Positions 33,422 to 36,016 of a stretch of 36,016 nucleotides of DNA are shown here, piece by piece. Within the stretch, counting starts at the first letter, position 1. Each line of letters opens with the position of its first letter. The notes beneath the pieces are model-generated. The model ran no database searches and was not told the origin of the DNA. It saw only the letters and a program-made list of their open reading frames with translations. Location of the stretch: NCBI GenBank assembly GCA_964491305.1, contig CAZBGG010000001.1:1-36016 (forward strand). Reading direction: 5' to 3'. Source of the DNA: an uncultured Methanosarcinales archaeon (GTDB lineage: Archaea > Nanobdellota > Nanobdellia > Woesearchaeales > DSVV01). Both the position numbers and the translations under genes were made by a program.

Positions 33422-34987
33422 TTACCAAGCTAACATCCCATGAGCTTTTTTGAAATTTTTATAAACCTGCCACGTTGATCTTATTGCATTGTTCTTTGCA
33501 ATTTGCTCTTCACTTCCAATTAGCACAGGATTAGGACCCTTTTTCTTAGAACTTCCTTTAAAAGGATCATAAAGAACTTCTTTAAACCCATACATGGCTG
33601 CAACAAAAGGGTCTTTGTTTTTCCAGGCCTCTAGCTTACTTTTCTCTTGTTTCTTTTCAGGAGGTTCCTTTGGGTATTCCAAGTTGGTATTTTCTTCTCC
33701 AGCCTCCTCAAGATATCTTTCCAATTCCTCACCTAAAGAATCCATAGCAGCTTTGACACTGCCATCCACCTCAGAAACAACCTCCATATCTTCTTTTTCT
33801 TTTGCTTTCACATAGTCCCTAATTTTTTCATCATCCCAAGCATAAGCCCTGATAGTTACATCGGCTTTACCTATATGCAGAGGACCACGCTGATACTCGG
33901 TCATATAATTCATTTGGGGCTTCGTACGATGATTAATCGTGAGTATAATTACAGAATTAATGTGCTGATTCCAGCTCATCTTCTTACTCTCCCCATGGCT
34001 GGGAGGTTTTTTGTAAAATACATTTTCTATCTCAACCATTGAACCCTCAAAAGCAGAGACCATATCCGGACTTTTGGTCCTATCGGCCATCGTAAGCCTC
34101 CTTAAATTATTAAGATAAGGTTTAAGCCAAGAATTATACATTTTTATAACATTATAATGTTGCCTAAGGTACTTTAGTGTAAAACGTCTCCTATTCTTCA
34201 TCTCATAGTATGTGGTTTCTTTCCATTGCATAAAATTCCTTAATTTTCTTTTTAAGACTTCCCCAACCTTTTCATTAGGTTTAAGCCTATCTACTTCACT
34301 ATCTATTTCTGATATGCTCTTTGGATTTACTGAAAAGAAATAATCGGGCAATGTAGTAAAATTTAGCTCCCTTGCCATGCCATATACAGATGCTGGATTT
34401 TTTGGGCCCTGCTCAACCTGATCAATCCAAATACCTTTCAAAACAATTTCTGCACTTTGCCTAGATTTTGAATCAGCATTCCAACTATCTTCATAATATC
34501 CCACTCTCTCATCTATAATTCTTAATTCCCTGATTATCTGGAATAGCTCTTTGACCATTTTTCCAATTGTAGCAAGATACATTGATACTTTCTCCTGTTG
34601 CATGCCCAAACGCTGTTGAGAATTCCCAAACATGGAGCTGTGTTCACTTGCACTAAAAATATCATTCACTTTCTCTATATTAGGAAAACCTTCACTAACA
34701 GAAATATTGTCAACAAGCCAATAGTATATTTCTTCAGCTGACTTGTTGAAATCTTCAAGCACAAACTTATACCTATGAATCGGCGCAGGGTAGCCCGTTT
34801 TGCCCTCCACAAAGTTACCTACATTATCCCTGGCAGCTTCAACTACCTCTTCGTCGAGTTTATGCTTTTCAAGAAACTCCTTAATACTTTGTGTTGCCAA
34901 TGTATGCCTATAAACGCTTGAATCATTTATATTATTTTCGCTTATTATAGAAAACTGCCGTAAAACCAACAACAAAAACCAACTCAC
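33422..34987 (-). CDS. Large conserved-looking hypothetical protein (about 490-521 aa), mostly helical, no recognisable motif
   Basis: Long ORF of normal composition. The track's GTG start at 34987 overlaps the YhbY-like gene by 56 nt. A TTG at 34900 (MATQSIKEFLEKHK) would remove the overlap. Confidence 0.55.
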   Translation of the reverse strand: MSWFLLLVLRQFSIISENNINDSSVYRHTLATQSIKEFLEKHKLDEEVVEAARDNVGNFVEGKTGYPAPIHRYKFVLEDFNKSAEEIYYWLVDNISVSEGFPNIEKVNDIFSASEHSSMFGNSQQRLGMQQEKVSMYLATIGKMVKELFQIIRELRIIDERVGYYEDSWNADSKSRQSAEIVLKGIWIDQVEQGPKNPASVYGMARELNFTTLPDYFFSVNPKSISEIDSEVDRLKPNEKVGEVLKRKLRNFMQWKETTYYEMKNRRRFTLKYLRQHYNVIKMYNSWLKPYLNNLRRLTMADRTKSPDMVSAFEGSMVEIENVFYKKPPSHGESKKMSWNQHINSVIILTINHRTKPQMNYMTEYQRGPLHIGKADVTIRAYAWDDEKIRDYVKAKEKEDMEVVSEVDGSVKAAMDSLGEELERYLEEAGEENTNLEYPKEPPEKKQEKSKLEAWKNKDPFVAAMYGFKEVLYDPFKGSSKKKGPNPVLIGSEEQIAKNNAIRSTWQVYKNFKKAHGMLAW

Positions 34988-35186
34988 TTGCTGTCAGACG
35001 GGCAATTTCTGAAGCCATACCCTTCAAATCCGTCTGAATTGAATTTTTCAGAAACTTTACTTTGACCAATTTTCTCTTTTTTAAATGTTTTTTTATCTCA
35101 TCAATCAAAGAATCATTTAAACCCGATTTCCCCACTCTAACCAACGGTTTCAGGTTTTTGGCTTCCTTCTTTATGCTCGAATCCAT
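34932..35186 (-). CDS. YhbY/CRS1 (CRM-domain) RNA-binding protein
   Basis: KKEAKNLKPLVRVGKSGLNDSLIDEIKKHLKKRKLVKVKFLKN matches the L-K-P-x-V-x-(I/V)-GK-x-G-(L/V)...E-(L/I)-(I/V)-KVK pattern of YhbY. Confidence 0.75.
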   Translation of the reverse strand: MDSSIKKEAKNLKPLVRVGKSGLNDSLIDEIKKHLKKRKLVKVKFLKNSIQTDLKGMASEIARLTASELVFVVGFTAVFYNKRK

Positions 35187-35378
35187 TTTAATCTTTTAAG
35201 TCAGATCATACCATTTGTGGTGGTCGATTTTCCACTGAGTTCTAATAATAAGCACATTAATTCTCCATTAATAACAACTATTATAAAAAGCTTTAATTTT
35301 AAGATTAGAAATTAATGACAACCTAAACAGAAAACAAAATACAAACCCTCTATCAAAAATACTCAATAAAAATATTCA

Positions 35379-35654
35379 TCACGAAGGGACTGAGCAGCAG
35401 ACTCTGTTATCATCTCCATCCATATGATCTACAATCATACCACCCTCTTCATGGCAGCTGTCCCTGTCCATCTCTTCGCCACCCATATTCCTGCATTCTT
35501 GAATCTCGGCACTAAACAAACCAAATCTTGACGTAAACGATATTGTTAATACAATCAAAACTATTAAAATCAAAGCAGCCGTGACAATGACATTTAAGGA
35601 CATCTCAACGCCCTTTCTATCCCGAACCTTACTCCTAAACCTACTTTTAACCAT
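35379..35654 (-). CDS. Small membrane-anchored/pilin-like Cys-rich protein (paralog of 35682..35975)
   Basis: A basic N-terminus is followed by MSLNVIVTAALILIVLIVLTISF and an acidic tail with 4 Cys ending in VCC. Confidence 0.5.
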   Translation of the reverse strand: MVKSRFRSKVRDRKGVEMSLNVIVTAALILIVLIVLTISFTSRFGLFSAEIQECRNMGGEEMDRDSCHEEGGMIVDHMDGDDNRVCCSVPS

Positions 35655-35681
35655 TCTACTTTAACCTTTTGTAATCGAATG

Positions 35682-35975
35682 TTATGATGTATCCCCGCCT
35701 AATTCCTCGCAACATATCATAGTCCCTGGACAATCATAGCCAGATATTGGAGTCATATCACCAGGGCAGTTGCCCATATAATCTGGCTCGACACACTCGG
35801 CAGGGCAGTCACTAATGATCTGAGTGAAAATACCCATCCTGCCCATGAATATGGCGGAAAGAATAACCATAACCAGAACCACAAGGGCGGCTATAACAAT
35901 AGTATTCAGAGACATTCCTTGAGCACTCTTATCCAATAAAATCACCTCTATTTTGTCTGTTGCCTTTACCATCAT
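35682..35975 (-). CDS. Small membrane-anchored/pilin-like Cys-rich protein
   Basis: KSAQG-MSLNTIVIAALVVLVMVILSAIF is followed by a 6-Cys tail (DCPAECVEPDYMGNCPGDMTPISGYDCPGTMICC). It shares the MSLN-x-IV-x-AAL core with the neighbouring gene. Confidence 0.5.
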   Translation of the reverse strand: MMVKATDKIEVILLDKSAQGMSLNTIVIAALVVLVMVILSAIFMGRMGIFTQIISDCPAECVEPDYMGNCPGDMTPISGYDCPGTMICCEELGGDTS

Positions 35976-36016
35976 TAAACTAATATATAAATGTTATGCA
36001 AAAAAAAGCTGTTTGT

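Overview
AT-rich archaeal chromosomal segment. The archaeal assignment rests on archaea-specific genes: gatE, aIF2-alpha, Nop10, Rpo7/Spt4, ribosomal proteins eS24, eS27 and eS31, archaeal DnaG, and a multi-intron tRNA. A DPANN-like, reduced-genome lineage is my inference only, drawn from the AT-richness, many low-complexity tails, pilin-like genes and patchy metabolism.

Content from left to right:
- A secreted surface protein (partial), three small regulator-like genes, and an alpha-glucan cluster (GT glycogen-synthase-like plus GH57) followed by two paralogous unknown genes.
- A U32 peptidase, an HExxH protein and a ZPR1 zinc-finger protein.
- The conserved PIN-rpoE'-spt4-S24e-S27ae operon and the S27e-aIF2alpha-Nop10 operon.
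- gatE translationally coupled to an M50 site-2 protease, then a lone leuA.
- Two class-III-signal pilin-like genes behind a degenerate MBL-fold gene, and tRNA-Phe(GAA) with two introns.
- dnaG, a membrane-anchored parvulin, a HerA/DUF87-type ATPase, an alpha/beta hydrolase and DUF99.
- A tightly coupled minus-strand operon (YhbY-like, 521-aa unknown, coiled-coil protein, split TIM-barrel protein, methyltransferase), then two small Cys-rich pilin-like paralogs.

Four short genes absent from the ORF track were found by hand: S27ae, Nop10, a DUF1931-like histone-fold protein, and a 20-codon leader ORF.

Most interesting observations:
1. A leaderless 20-codon ORF ending in nine consecutive Leu codons sits directly upstream of leuA. 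It is followed by a U6 tract and a perfect 16-bp long-range helix, which looks like a ribosome-mediated attenuator in an archaeal setting.
2. A roughly 280-nt hairpin-dense, GC-enriched intergenic RNA candidate of unknown family.
3. An H/ACA-like hairpin with a textbook K-turn and a 3' ACA.
4. The uncharacterised 5-gene operon at 30.2-35.2 kb.

I saw no CRISPR array, rRNA, transposase or integrase.
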